Source: Bacteroidales bacterium (GTDB lineage: Bacteria > Bacteroidota > Bacteroidia > Bacteroidales > TTA-H9). Taken from it: a DNA stretch of 64,000 bases. The stretch is from the NCBI GenBank assembly GCA_028689615.1, contig JAQVCV010000001.1, positions 133,697-197,696 of the forward strand, read 5' to 3'. Made by a program: the position numbers and the translations under genes. The first letter of the stretch is position 1. The number at the start of each line of letters is the position of its first letter. Below are positions 45,773 to 54,429 of this stretch, piece after piece. A model generated the notes under the pieces. That model was not told the origin of the DNA and made no database searches. It was given only the letters and a program-made list of their open reading frames with translations.

Positions 45773-48211
45773 ATGATAAAGCAATTCATTTCGTTTCAGC
45801 TGTTGCTATTTCTAAGCCTTTTGTCTATAAAAATGTGGGCACAGGATACTGAACCAGAACAAATTGCCCTCTTGCGAAAATCGATCGAGAAAGAGCTCAA
45901 CGACAGCGCCAAAACAGCCATGCTGCTAGACTTAGGCGACAAGATTGAGAATCGAAACCCGGCAGAAGCGCTGGCATGTTACAGGGATGCTGCAGAGACA
46001 GCAAAAAAGGCTCTTAACAGCTGCCGCGACAAGGGGCGCCAGAATACCTTCCGGGCGTTGATGTCAAAAGCCCTGCGCTTCGAGGGGATCGTTCAATTGC
46101 GACAAGGTGAAACCAACCAATCGGTAATCATCTTCAGAACAGCGCTTCAATTTGCACTGTTATCGGGAAATGACACTGAAAAAGGGAAAGCCTACAATTG
46201 CCTGGCTACAGCCTTGAGGGAGGAAGGCAAGGGCGACGAAGCGATAGCCCTGTTTGAAAAAAGCGTTGGTACAGCATTGTTGGCGGGCGATTCAGCCCTA
46301 GCTTCTTCGGCACTTACCAGCCTTGGAATTCTCTATGGCGAAAAAGGCAATGACAACAAGGCTTTTGCAGCATTTTTCAAATCCCTGGCGATTGATGAAG
46401 CCCGGGGTGATGTGGATGGTGTGGCACGAAACTACACCAATATTGGGAACCTTCACAGCGATAGGGATAACCTCACAAAAGCCATCAGCTATTATACCCT
46501 CTCCCTGAAAATGGCACTCGGGGCAGGCAACCCGGCCACACTTCAAGCATCATACACAAACATGGCACAGGCCTACAATTTGACTAAGCGTTACGACGAG
46601 GCCATAAGCTACCTGAACAAAGCACTTGGCCTTTGCCGCAAGAACCAGGACAAACAAGGTGAATCGGCATGCCTTACCAACCTGGGTGTAGCCAACTATA
46701 TGCTCGGAAATTATGCAATGGCCCAGAACCATTATCAGCAAGCTCTTGAAGTAGCTGAATCGTTGGGTGATGTTGATGCTACAGCACTCCTGCTCGGCAA
46801 TCTGGCAGCATTATCTATTGAGACAGCGCAACGCCAGCCCGAAAATACACCAGCAAGAACATTGGGTTACCACCTTGCTCTAACCTACAGCCTTCGGGCC
46901 TATAACCTCGCCAGAGAGATGAAATCGGTTCATCAACTCGAAAAACTTTCTACACAATTGATGAAAGTTTACCGCATGACAGGCAATCATGCCAAAGCGC
47001 TCGAATTTGCCGAAGTGGTTATCAACTTGCGCGATTCGCTTTTTCAAACATCTAAAATACAAGCCATCAGCGAGATGGAGTCGAAATATCAGACAGAACG
47101 AAAACAACTGGAAATTGACGCTCTTGAAAAAGAAAAAGCACTGCAACAAAGCCTCGTCAAACGACAACAATGGGTCATTTACACAGTCGTGGCCGGATTT
47201 CTACTGGTGTCGGTATCGCTTATAGCCATTGGGCGGCTTTTGGCACAAAAACAAACCGCCAACAAGCTCATCACCGAACGCAACGAGGCCTTGCTTAAGG
47301 CCAACAGCGAAATAACCCAACAAAAAGAAGAGATCATAGCGCAACGCGACGAAATTGAACATCAGCGCGATATTGTAATCAAGCAAAAAAACCAGATCGA
47401 AGAAATACACCATCAGCTTACAGATAGCATTGATTACGCCTTTCGCATTCAACAAGCACTTCTCACCACGAAGTCGCAACTTGCAGCACTATTTGGCGGG
47501 GTAGTTGTTTTTTACAGGCCGCGCAACGTGGTCTCAGGCGATTTTTTTTGGGCGACACGGCTAAACGACACCATCCTCCTTGCTGTGGCCGATTGCACCG
47601 GCCATGGTGTTCCGGGAGCAATGATGAGCGTGCTCGGAATGTCGTATCTCAACGAAATCGTTCAAAGGAAACCGTCGGCCATGCCACATCAAATTCTTGC
47701 TGACCTTAGAACCGAAATAGTTGCAGCTCTCAGTCAAACCGGATTGTGGAATGAGCAGAAAGAAGGGATGGACATGTCGGTGATAGCATTCAACCCCTCT
47801 ACAGGCAACCTTTGGTTTGCCGGAGCCAACTCGCCGCTGCTCATCATCAGACCATCCAACACCATGAACCCAGCGAATATTGACACAGACTCTCCAGATT
47901 CCGACAGGCTTACCTATGTAAAAGGGGATAAGATGCCGGTGGGAATTCACGACCGGATGAACCCTTTCACACTTCACCAACTTCAGCTATCAAAAGGCGA
48001 TCACGTTTTCCTGATGACCGACGGATATGCTGACCAATTTGGCGGTCAGCAAGGGAAAAAATTCATGACACACAGGCTGCGCCATTTTCTACAGCAAACC
48101 AGCCTCCTTACGCCTGATGATCAGGAAGCTGCCTTACAAAACACCTTCGACCAGTGGAAAGGCACCCACGACCAAACCGACGACGTGACGGTAGTAGGCT
48201 TTCGCTACTGA
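45773..48211 (+). CDS. TPR-repeat, membrane-anchored PP2C/SpoIIE-type phosphatase
   Basis: 812 aa. N-terminal TPR repeats, a TM segment (WVIYTVVAGFLLVSVSLIAIG), a coiled coil, then SGDFFWA...DCTGHGVPGAMMS...DGYADQFGG...DDVTVVGFRY. Confidence 0.85.
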   Translation: MIKQFISFQLLLFLSLLSIKMWAQDTEPEQIALLRKSIEKELNDSAKTAMLLDLGDKIENRNPAEALACYRDAAETAKKALNSCRDKGRQNTFRALMSKALRFEGIVQLRQGETNQSVIIFRTALQFALLSGNDTEKGKAYNCLATALREEGKGDEAIALFEKSVGTALLAGDSALASSALTSLGILYGEKGNDNKAFAAFFKSLAIDEARGDVDGVARNYTNIGNLHSDRDNLTKAISYYTLSLKMALGAGNPATLQASYTNMAQAYNLTKRYDEAISYLNKALGLCRKNQDKQGESACLTNLGVANYMLGNYAMAQNHYQQALEVAESLGDVDATALLLGNLAALSIETAQRQPENTPARTLGYHLALTYSLRAYNLAREMKSVHQLEKLSTQLMKVYRMTGNHAKALEFAEVVINLRDSLFQTSKIQAISEMESKYQTERKQLEIDALEKEKALQQSLVKRQQWVIYTVVAGFLLVSVSLIAIGRLLAQKQTANKLITERNEALLKANSEITQQKEEIIAQRDEIEHQRDIVIKQKNQIEEIHHQLTDSIDYAFRIQQALLTTKSQLAALFGGVVVFYRPRNVVSGDFFWATRLNDTILLAVADCTGHGVPGAMMSVLGMSYLNEIVQRKPSAMPHQILADLRTEIVAALSQTGLWNEQKEGMDMSVIAFNPSTGNLWFAGANSPLLIIRPSNTMNPANIDTDSPDSDRLTYVKGDKMPVGIHDRMNPFTLHQLQLSKGDHVFLMTDGYADQFGGQQGKKFMTHRLRHFLQQTSLLTPDDQEAALQNTFDQWKGTHDQTDDVTVVGFRY

Positions 48212-48226
48212 ACCAATATCTCTCGC

Positions 48227-48234
48227 TACCTTTG
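48227..48234 (+). promoter_or_regulatory. Bacteroidota-type -7 promoter box (TAnnTTTG)
   Basis: TACCTTTG only 8 nt upstream of the TTG start at 48243. Implies a near-leaderless mRNA or a slightly later start. Confidence 0.35.
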
Positions 48235-48242
48235 TCGAAAAA

Positions 48243-50015
48243 TTGCTCGTGCAAAACTACCCTTTTCTCTACCGGAGCACTCCCCAAAGGCTGGAGACGC
48301 TTGAAGTAAAAGTTGGCAACCTTGCCCTTGGAAGTGCCCATCCCGTGAGGCTTCAATCGATGACCAGCGTGAACACCCTCGACACAGAAGCTGTGGTGGC
48401 ACAAAGCATCAGGATGATTGAAGCCGGCTGCGAACTGGTGCGCATCACCGCGCCCGGGATTCGAGAAGCCGAACATCTGGCGGTAATCAAAAAAGAGTTG
48501 AAAATCCGCGGCTTCGACATTCCGTTGGTAGCCGACATACACTACAACCCCGAGGCCGCTTTGGTAGCAGCACGCCTGGTAGAAAAGGTGAGGATCAACC
48601 CGGGAAACTACATCGACCGTCGCGCCACCCAAACCCAATTCACCCAAAACCACTACGATGCAGCGCTTGAGCAGATGGCTCGCCGAATGGCCCCACTGCT
48701 TGCAGTGTGCAAACAATACGGCACCGCACTGCGAATTGGCAGCAACCACGGCTCGCTGTCGGAACGCATCGTGAACCGCTATGGCGATACACCGCTGGGA
48801 ATGACAGAGGCAGCCCTGGAGTTTGTTGACATTTGCGAAAGCTACGGATTCAACAACCTGGTTCTCTCGATGAAATCGAGCAACACCCGCGTGATGGTGC
48901 AAGCCACCCGACTGCTGGCAGCCCGACTGGTGAAACGTGGCCGGGTGTATCCACTGCACCTGGGGGTGACCGAAGCGGGCGAAGGCGAAGATGGCCGCGT
49001 GCGATCGGCAGCAGGCATCGGGGCCCTGCTGGCCGACGGAATTGGCGACACCATAAGGGTTTCGCTTACCGAAGAGCCCGAGAACGAACTTCCTGTTGCC
49101 CACGAACTCCAAAAAATTTTCGCGGCAACATCAAAACCATCCGGGGCAACCGAAGAAAATGTTGACCTGCCTGTAATTGATCCGTTCGCTTTTCACCGCT
49201 ACCTGTCGCGCGAATGGGAAGGACTCGGAGGGGGCAAACCGGTTCTGGTGATTGGCGGCGACGGAGCCGATATGCACCCCGGCAACAAGATGCCACAACA
49301 GATCATAGCACCATCAGGAAAAGCCCTCCCCTTGCTGCACAACCCTGCAACCGAGAAACAAACCTCTGATCACGCGCTGGTATTGGAACCCGGCAAAGCA
49401 GCCACGGCCACACCCCAAACCAGGGCCTGCATAATCAGCCTCAACGATGTTGCTCAGCTACCTGCCGTGAGGCTTGCCATAACCAGGTGGCGCGAACAAC
49501 CCGAAGCGCCTCCGGTAGTGATCAGCCACAACAGCAGCATCGCCGATTCAGACCGATTTGCAACAGGAGCCTCGGCACTGCTGGGATCGTTGCTCATCGA
49601 CGGACTTGCCGATGGAATCTGGTTGCAAAACAGCTCGCTTGAGCAAAGTGCCGTGGTTGCTACCGCCTTCAACCTGCTGCAAGCCACCCGCCTCAGATTC
49701 ACCCGACCCGAGTACATCTCGTGTCCATCGTGCGGACGAACACTGTTCAACATCCAAAAGGCGGTGCAGCAAGTGAGGAAAGCCACGAGCCACCTCACAG
49801 GACTCACCATAGGGGTGATGGGGTGCATCGTGAACGGTCCGGGTGAGATGGCCGGTGCCGACTACGGCGTTGTAGGAGCCGGCAAAGGCAAAGTAACCCT
49901 GTTCAAGGGCGACGTGGTTGCCCGGCAATCGGTAAACGAAGAGGAGGCCGCCGATGCACTGGTAGATCTGATCAAAAAAAATGGTGACTGGCGCGATCCG
50001 GCTTCAAACGTTTAG
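48243..50015 (+). CDS. ispG: 4-hydroxy-3-methylbut-2-en-1-yl diphosphate synthase (long form with insert domain)
   Basis: PVRLQSMTS, PLVADIHYNP, VRINPGNY, IGSNHGSLS, YPLHLGVTEAG, ISCPSCGRT, GCIVNGPGEM. Start codon uncertain (TTG 48243 or GTG 48249). Confidence 0.9.
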   Translation: MLVQNYPFLYRSTPQRLETLEVKVGNLALGSAHPVRLQSMTSVNTLDTEAVVAQSIRMIEAGCELVRITAPGIREAEHLAVIKKELKIRGFDIPLVADIHYNPEAALVAARLVEKVRINPGNYIDRRATQTQFTQNHYDAALEQMARRMAPLLAVCKQYGTALRIGSNHGSLSERIVNRYGDTPLGMTEAALEFVDICESYGFNNLVLSMKSSNTRVMVQATRLLAARLVKRGRVYPLHLGVTEAGEGEDGRVRSAAGIGALLADGIGDTIRVSLTEEPENELPVAHELQKIFAATSKPSGATEENVDLPVIDPFAFHRYLSREWEGLGGGKPVLVIGGDGADMHPGNKMPQQIIAPSGKALPLLHNPATEKQTSDHALVLEPGKAATATPQTRACIISLNDVAQLPAVRLAITRWREQPEAPPVVISHNSSIADSDRFATGASALLGSLLIDGLADGIWLQNSSLEQSAVVATAFNLLQATRLRFTRPEYISCPSCGRTLFNIQKAVQQVRKATSHLTGLTIGVMGCIVNGPGEMAGADYGVVGAGKGKVTLFKGDVVARQSVNEEEAADALVDLIKKNGDWRDPASNV

Positions 50016-50053
50016 CCCTGCCAATTGTTGATTGTTGTAACTTTTCCGAATTC

Positions 50054-50881
50054 ATGACAAACTATCATACACATACCTACTATTGCGATGGCAGCTCCAA
50101 ACCTGCCGAATATGCCCGCGAAGCCGTGGCAGCAGGATTCACCGAATTAGGCTTCTCGGGTCATGCCCCGGTGCCTTTCAGCAATGGTTTCGCCATCCCA
50201 AAAGAAAAGCTAAGTGCCTACTGCGAAGAAGTGCTCGAGGTACGCCGTTCGTTCGGACAGTCGCTCAAGATATGGCTTGGACTTGAAGTGGACTATATTC
50301 CGGGAATCACCAGCAGCTTCGACAGCTTCCGGCAGCAAGGGTGTCTCGATTACCTGATCGGATCGGTGCATCTGGTAAAACCGGCTCACGACGATCGATT
50401 GTGGTTTATCGACGGCCCTGAAAAACAAACCTACGACGACGGGTTGGCCCAACTGTTTGACGGCGACATCAGAAAAGCTGTAACAGCCTACTACCAACAG
50501 CTGGGAGAAATGGTGACCACCCAACGCCCCGACATCGTTGGACATGCCGACAAGATAAAGATGCACAATGCCGGACGGTATTTCCGCGAGGACGAACCCT
50601 GGTATGTGGCTCTTACCCAACAGATGCTGGAGCAGGTGAAAGAAGCGGGAAGCATCCTCGAAGTAAACAGTCGTGGTCTCTACAAGGGACGCAGCAACGA
50701 TTTCTTCCCGGGAATGACTTTACTCAAGAGAGCCAGGGAAATGGACATTGCCATAACCTTAAGCTCCGACGCGCACCGCCCCGAAGAGCTAACCCTGGGG
50801 CTGTCGCAGGCCCGCCAATTGATTGAATCGCTGGGCTTCCGCGAAAAAAACGTGCACCCGTTTATCAAGGGATATAGGTAG
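50054..50881 (+). CDS. Histidinol-phosphatase, PHP (HisJ) family
   Basis: 275 aa. MTNYHTHTYYCDGS...GFSGHAP...SVHLV...GHADKI...SSDAHRPEEL. Confidence 0.85.
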   Translation: MTNYHTHTYYCDGSSKPAEYAREAVAAGFTELGFSGHAPVPFSNGFAIPKEKLSAYCEEVLEVRRSFGQSLKIWLGLEVDYIPGITSSFDSFRQQGCLDYLIGSVHLVKPAHDDRLWFIDGPEKQTYDDGLAQLFDGDIRKAVTAYYQQLGEMVTTQRPDIVGHADKIKMHNAGRYFREDEPWYVALTQQMLEQVKEAGSILEVNSRGLYKGRSNDFFPGMTLLKRAREMDIAITLSSDAHRPEELTLGLSQARQLIESLGFREKNVHPFIKGYR

Positions 50882-50890
50882 GGGGGGGCT

Positions 50891-50960
50891 GGTTTCTGGT
50901 TTCTTGTTTCTTGTTTCTTGTTTCTGGTTTCTGGTTTCTGGTTTCTGGTTTCTGGTTTCT
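50891..50960. repeat. Tandem heptamer array, 10 units (GGTTTCT/TGTTTCT), degenerating to 50977
   Basis: Follows stop TAG 50879-50881, a G8 run and CT. Same GGCTGGTTTCT junction as the array at 339. Confidence 0.95.
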
Positions 50961-50971
50961 GGTTTGGTTGG

Positions 50972-51165
50972 TTTCTCCTATAAATCCTTGTTAAAACAGA
51001 ACTGAACTTATGAACAATCCACTGGCTCGATTTCTATTAGTCTGTGGGTAATGGCCTTTTCATGAATATTTGTTTTGTTTCTCCTATAAATCCTTGTTAA
51101 AACAGAACTGAACTTATGAATAATCCGCTGGCTCGATTTCTATTAGTCTGTGGGTAATGGCCTTT
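50972..51165 (+). repeat. Two tandem copies of the ~105-bp TTTCTCCTATAAATCC repeat (second copy truncated at its 3' end)
   Basis: Copy 1 at 50972-51073 and copy 2 at 51078-51165. Consensus: tttctcctataaatccttgttaaaacagaactgaacttatgaataatccgctggctcgatttctattagtctgtgggtaatggccttttcatgaatatttg. Confidence 0.9.
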
Positions 51166-51671
51166 CCTGACTTCGACATAGGGACACCCAAATACACTAT
51201 CAATAATATTGATGCAATTTATCTATTGTTGAATCATTTAGGATTTGTTGCCACCAAAAAGCAGTGACACTTAACTTTGCATGGAGCATCAGAGATTTTT
51301 GCCATAGAATTCTTGAAATGACCGTAGTCAACCCGCCGTTGGGAATAAGGGGTAGCCTAAGCAACCCGCGAGTGAGGGCACTTGCTTCCAGAAAAAGGTC
51401 TGCCGAGAATTGCCCGAACGGCTCGGGTTGCGCAACGGAGGTCATTTCTTAGAATTCTGGCAAAAATATCTGAGCGGATCAAGAGGGCGTTTCTTTGCTA
51501 CTTTCTTTGCGCCCGATTGGGCAAAGAAAGTAGAAGCTTAATCCGATACTAATGAATGGAGATTGCTGGTTCGAAAGGATGCCAGGACACCCGATTGAAT
51601 AAATTTCAATTTACAAATAATTGTTTATAAAAGAATTATACAATTAGGATTGAAAATGTGTCGAAGTCAGG
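51166..51671. mobile_element. 506-bp non-coding element with perfect 13-bp terminal inverted repeats (MITE-like)
   Basis: CCTGACTTCGACA at 51166-51178 and TGTCGAAGTCAGG at 51659-51671. Sits where the second repeat copy is truncated. No convincing ORF and no obvious target-site duplication. Confidence 0.55.
51301..51461. other. Long-range imperfect inverted repeat (about 22-nt arms) enclosing a GC-rich ~116-nt core
   Basis: gccatagaattcttgaaatgacc (51301-51323) pairs with ggtcatttcttagaattctggc (51440-51461). Inner hairpin CCCGA acggc TCGGG. A second perfect 13-bp hairpin CTACTTTCTTTGC...GCAAAGAAAGTAG lies at about 51499-51534. Confidence 0.5.
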
Positions 51672-51682
51672 AGTTGGTTTGG

Positions 51683-51785
51683 TTTCTCCAATAAATCCTT
51701 GTTAAAACAGAACTGAACTTATGAATAATCCGCTGGCTCGATTTCTATTAGTCTGTGGGTAATGGCCTTTTCATGAATATTTGCT
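51683..51785 (+). repeat. Full copy of the TTTCTCCTATAAATCC repeat
   Basis: Near-identical to 51078-51165 and continues through ...ggccttttcatgaatatttg. Confidence 0.9.
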
Positions 51786-51798
51786 TTGTTTGCTTGTT

Positions 51799-51835
51799 GC
51801 AATGAAACCGGTGCCAATAGCACCGGTTTCATTGC
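51799..51835. terminator. Perfect 16-bp-stem hairpin downstream of the minus-strand permease gene
   Basis: GCAATGAAACCGGTGC caata GCACCGGTTTCATTGC, 39 nt past the stop at 51874. No U-tract. Confidence 0.45.
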
Positions 51836-51873
51836 ATGATGCAGAGAGCGAAGTTACGCACTGCGGTGCTTAG

Positions 51874-54216
51874 CTACTCCCAGCGAAGCACTTGCGAGGG
51901 GTTGGCCACAACTGCTTTGATACCGTGCCATGTTACGGTCAGGAGGCAAACAACCAGGGTGACTGCCAGAGCTATCAGCGGGGCAATCCATCCCGGATCG
52001 ACATGGTAGGGGAACGAATCGAGCCAACGTTGAGCCAGCGGCAAAGCCAAAGGAACGGCTACCAGGGCGGCCACCACAACCCAGCGTCCGAAACTGCGGT
52101 ACAGCAACACCATAAGTCCCTGCTCGGTGGCACCATTCACTTTCCTGATCGCCATCTCGCGCATCCGCTTGCGTGTTACGTAGCCAGCCATACCCAATTG
52201 CCCGAGGGCAGCAATAAGCAGAGCCACCAAAGCCAGAGCCACAAACACATCGGCCAGGCGCGCCTGGGTCTGCATGGAGTCTTGTTGCAGCTGACCAGCC
52301 AGCTTGTAATCGAACGTGTAAACCGGCTCCCACTCTTTCCAAACGTTGGCGGCCAAATCGAGCACGGCCTGTTGGTTGCGGGGATCGAAGCGCAGGGTTG
52401 CCCAACTCAGGTTGCGATCGTCGAAAACGAAAACCAGTGGCCTTACAGGCTCGCTAAGTCCGTCAAACTGAAAGTCGGCCATCACCCCGATCACCTCGGG
52501 GTTGGCAGCCTGCAAAGCCCAGCCACCCTCCTTCTTGGTGAATTTTTGCCCGAGTGGCTGTTCCCAGCCGATAGCCTTGGCCGCAGTTTCGTTGATCAGG
52601 ATTCGTTGTTTTTTATCAGCTTCAACAGCAGGGTCGAAATTGCGACCCGACACGATTCTGATTCCCATAGCATCAACAAACCAGGGATCAACCTGCATGA
52701 TTCTGAAAGGGATTTCGCGGTTGTTGATGGTGTGTGTTTCGGTGTTGAACATCGACCCGGGCACCCCTTGCGACAGAGCCACTTCGCTGATGAGGGCTTC
52801 CTGTTTGAAACGGTTCCTGATTTCGGCAGCATGTTTCCACACATCGCCTCTTATGGGAAAGTGAACCACCCCGTGGCGGTCGAAGCCCATCTCTTTGGTG
52901 TTGAGGTAATGAAACTGACGCCACACGATCACGGTGGCGGTAATCAGGGCAATGCTTATGGCAAATTGGGTTACCACCAGAGCTGTGCGCAACGTGGCAG
53001 CACGCCTGCCCCTCACAAGAGCGCCTCTCATGGCTTGCACCGGACTAAACGAGGCCAGAACCAAAGCCGGGGCGATGCCTGCCAGGATGCTAAGAACAAA
53101 CGGCGAAAGCAGCAACAGGTACCAGGGGATGGACAGCGAAATGGACGATCCGCTGAGGGTGTTGAACCAGGGCAACAACAACCAGCCAATGGTAAGCCCC
53201 AACATCACCGAGAGCAAGCTGATGAAAAACGATTCGGTGAGGTATCCTCCCAATAGATTATGACGCCTGGCACCTAAAATCTTGCGAAGTCCCGATTCGC
53301 GAGCCCGTCCGAGGGCCTCGGCAGTGGAAAGGTTGATGAAATTGATGATGGCCAGCAATAGAATCAGCACCCCGACAGCCAGCAACACCCAGGTTACTTC
53401 GAGGTTTCCGTGACGTGCGCCGGCCTCGTATTGTGCCGTGTTGAAAAAATAGATTTCGTTGAGGGGACGCAAACGCAAGCCGATGTCGTCGGTTGACTCA
53501 TCGTGGTAAATATTTTTTTTCAGATCGGCAGCAATGGCCATTTCAACAGCTTTGGGGTTGGCACCTTCAGCCAACAACAGGTAAGTTGGGAAATTGCTGG
53601 CCCTGAAATTATCAAGGAAATCGGGTCGGATGCTTTTTGTTACATACCTGATGGGCATAATCATATCGTAATGCAGGTGGATGTTGTTGGCATCAGCCAC
53701 CACGGCAGTCACGGTAACACTCACCTTACGGGGCATCTCCAGGGTTTTACCCAAAGGGTTTTGGGTGCCGAAAAGCTTCAGGGCAGTGGATTGGGTGAGG
53801 ATAACGCTGGTTGGGTCGGCAAGTGCTGTGGCCGGGTTGCCTTGTAGGAATTTCAGTCCAAACATAGCCGGGAAGGTGGAATCGACACAAACTCCGTAAT
53901 CAATTCTGAAGTGTTTCCTATCGGAAACCACGTCGAGGTTGTTTTGATAAAGCAACCTGCATATCTGCTCCACACCGGTTGTGCGGTTGCTCAGATACGA
54001 TCCGATGGCAGGAGGCAACACGCACCAATCGCCAAACTCCATCCTCACGATGCGTTGCGAATGAGGCACATCGCGATCGTGGTCGAACTCCTTTTTAACA
54101 TACAACATGATGAGGGTGAAAATAGCCACCCCGATTGCCAAACCGCCAATGCTGATCAGGTGTATAACCGGGCGACGGCGAAACTGACGAAAGAAAACAA
54201 ACAACGCATGTTTCAT
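51874..54216 (-). CDS. ABC transporter permease, duplicated MacB/FtsX-like
   Basis: 780 aa. Two FtsX-type TM bundles, each preceded by a MacB-like periplasmic domain. No ATPase gene is adjacent. Confidence 0.85.
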   Translation of the reverse strand: MKHALFVFFRQFRRRPVIHLISIGGLAIGVAIFTLIMLYVKKEFDHDRDVPHSQRIVRMEFGDWCVLPPAIGSYLSNRTTGVEQICRLLYQNNLDVVSDRKHFRIDYGVCVDSTFPAMFGLKFLQGNPATALADPTSVILTQSTALKLFGTQNPLGKTLEMPRKVSVTVTAVVADANNIHLHYDMIMPIRYVTKSIRPDFLDNFRASNFPTYLLLAEGANPKAVEMAIAADLKKNIYHDESTDDIGLRLRPLNEIYFFNTAQYEAGARHGNLEVTWVLLAVGVLILLLAIINFINLSTAEALGRARESGLRKILGARRHNLLGGYLTESFFISLLSVMLGLTIGWLLLPWFNTLSGSSISLSIPWYLLLLSPFVLSILAGIAPALVLASFSPVQAMRGALVRGRRAATLRTALVVTQFAISIALITATVIVWRQFHYLNTKEMGFDRHGVVHFPIRGDVWKHAAEIRNRFKQEALISEVALSQGVPGSMFNTETHTINNREIPFRIMQVDPWFVDAMGIRIVSGRNFDPAVEADKKQRILINETAAKAIGWEQPLGQKFTKKEGGWALQAANPEVIGVMADFQFDGLSEPVRPLVFVFDDRNLSWATLRFDPRNQQAVLDLAANVWKEWEPVYTFDYKLAGQLQQDSMQTQARLADVFVALALVALLIAALGQLGMAGYVTRKRMREMAIRKVNGATEQGLMVLLYRSFGRWVVVAALVAVPLALPLAQRWLDSFPYHVDPGWIAPLIALAVTLVVCLLTVTWHGIKAVVANPSQVLRWE

Positions 54217-54285
54217 AACATTTCGATTAATAGGATGCTTATGTTTGAAGAACTAACCCACGCAAATGTTACAAAAAATGATTTT

Positions 54286-54429
54286 TTTTGTTTGTCTTGT
54301 TTGTTCTGTTTGTTTTGTTTGTTTTGTTTGTTCGATTTGTTGTTTTGGTTCACCCATCATCCCATCTCTTGTCTCTCGCCTCCCGTCTCCCTATCACTAT
54401 CCGGGACGCCTCCCGCCTCTCCCCTTTTG
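54286..54429. repeat. T/G-rich heptamer-like array followed by a C/T-rich tract with a hairpin-core copy
   Basis: ttgtttgtcttgtttgttctgtttgttttgtttgttttgtttgttcgatttgttg, then ctcgcctcccgtctccctatcactatccgggacg (54375-54408). Confidence 0.85.

Noticed and set aside
48108-49112. 334-aa ORF antisense to ispG
   Set aside because: It is opposite a high-confidence conserved gene and is Arg/Gly/His-rich, which is typical antisense composition.
51301-51461. Retron msr/msd (long a1/a2-like inverted repeat around a structured core)
   Set aside because: No reverse transcriptase gene is adjacent or anywhere in the window. The structure lies inside a TIR-bounded element.
51892-53256. 454-aa ORF antisense to the FtsX-type permease
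   Set aside because: It is opposite a well-supported membrane-protein gene and has no features of its own.
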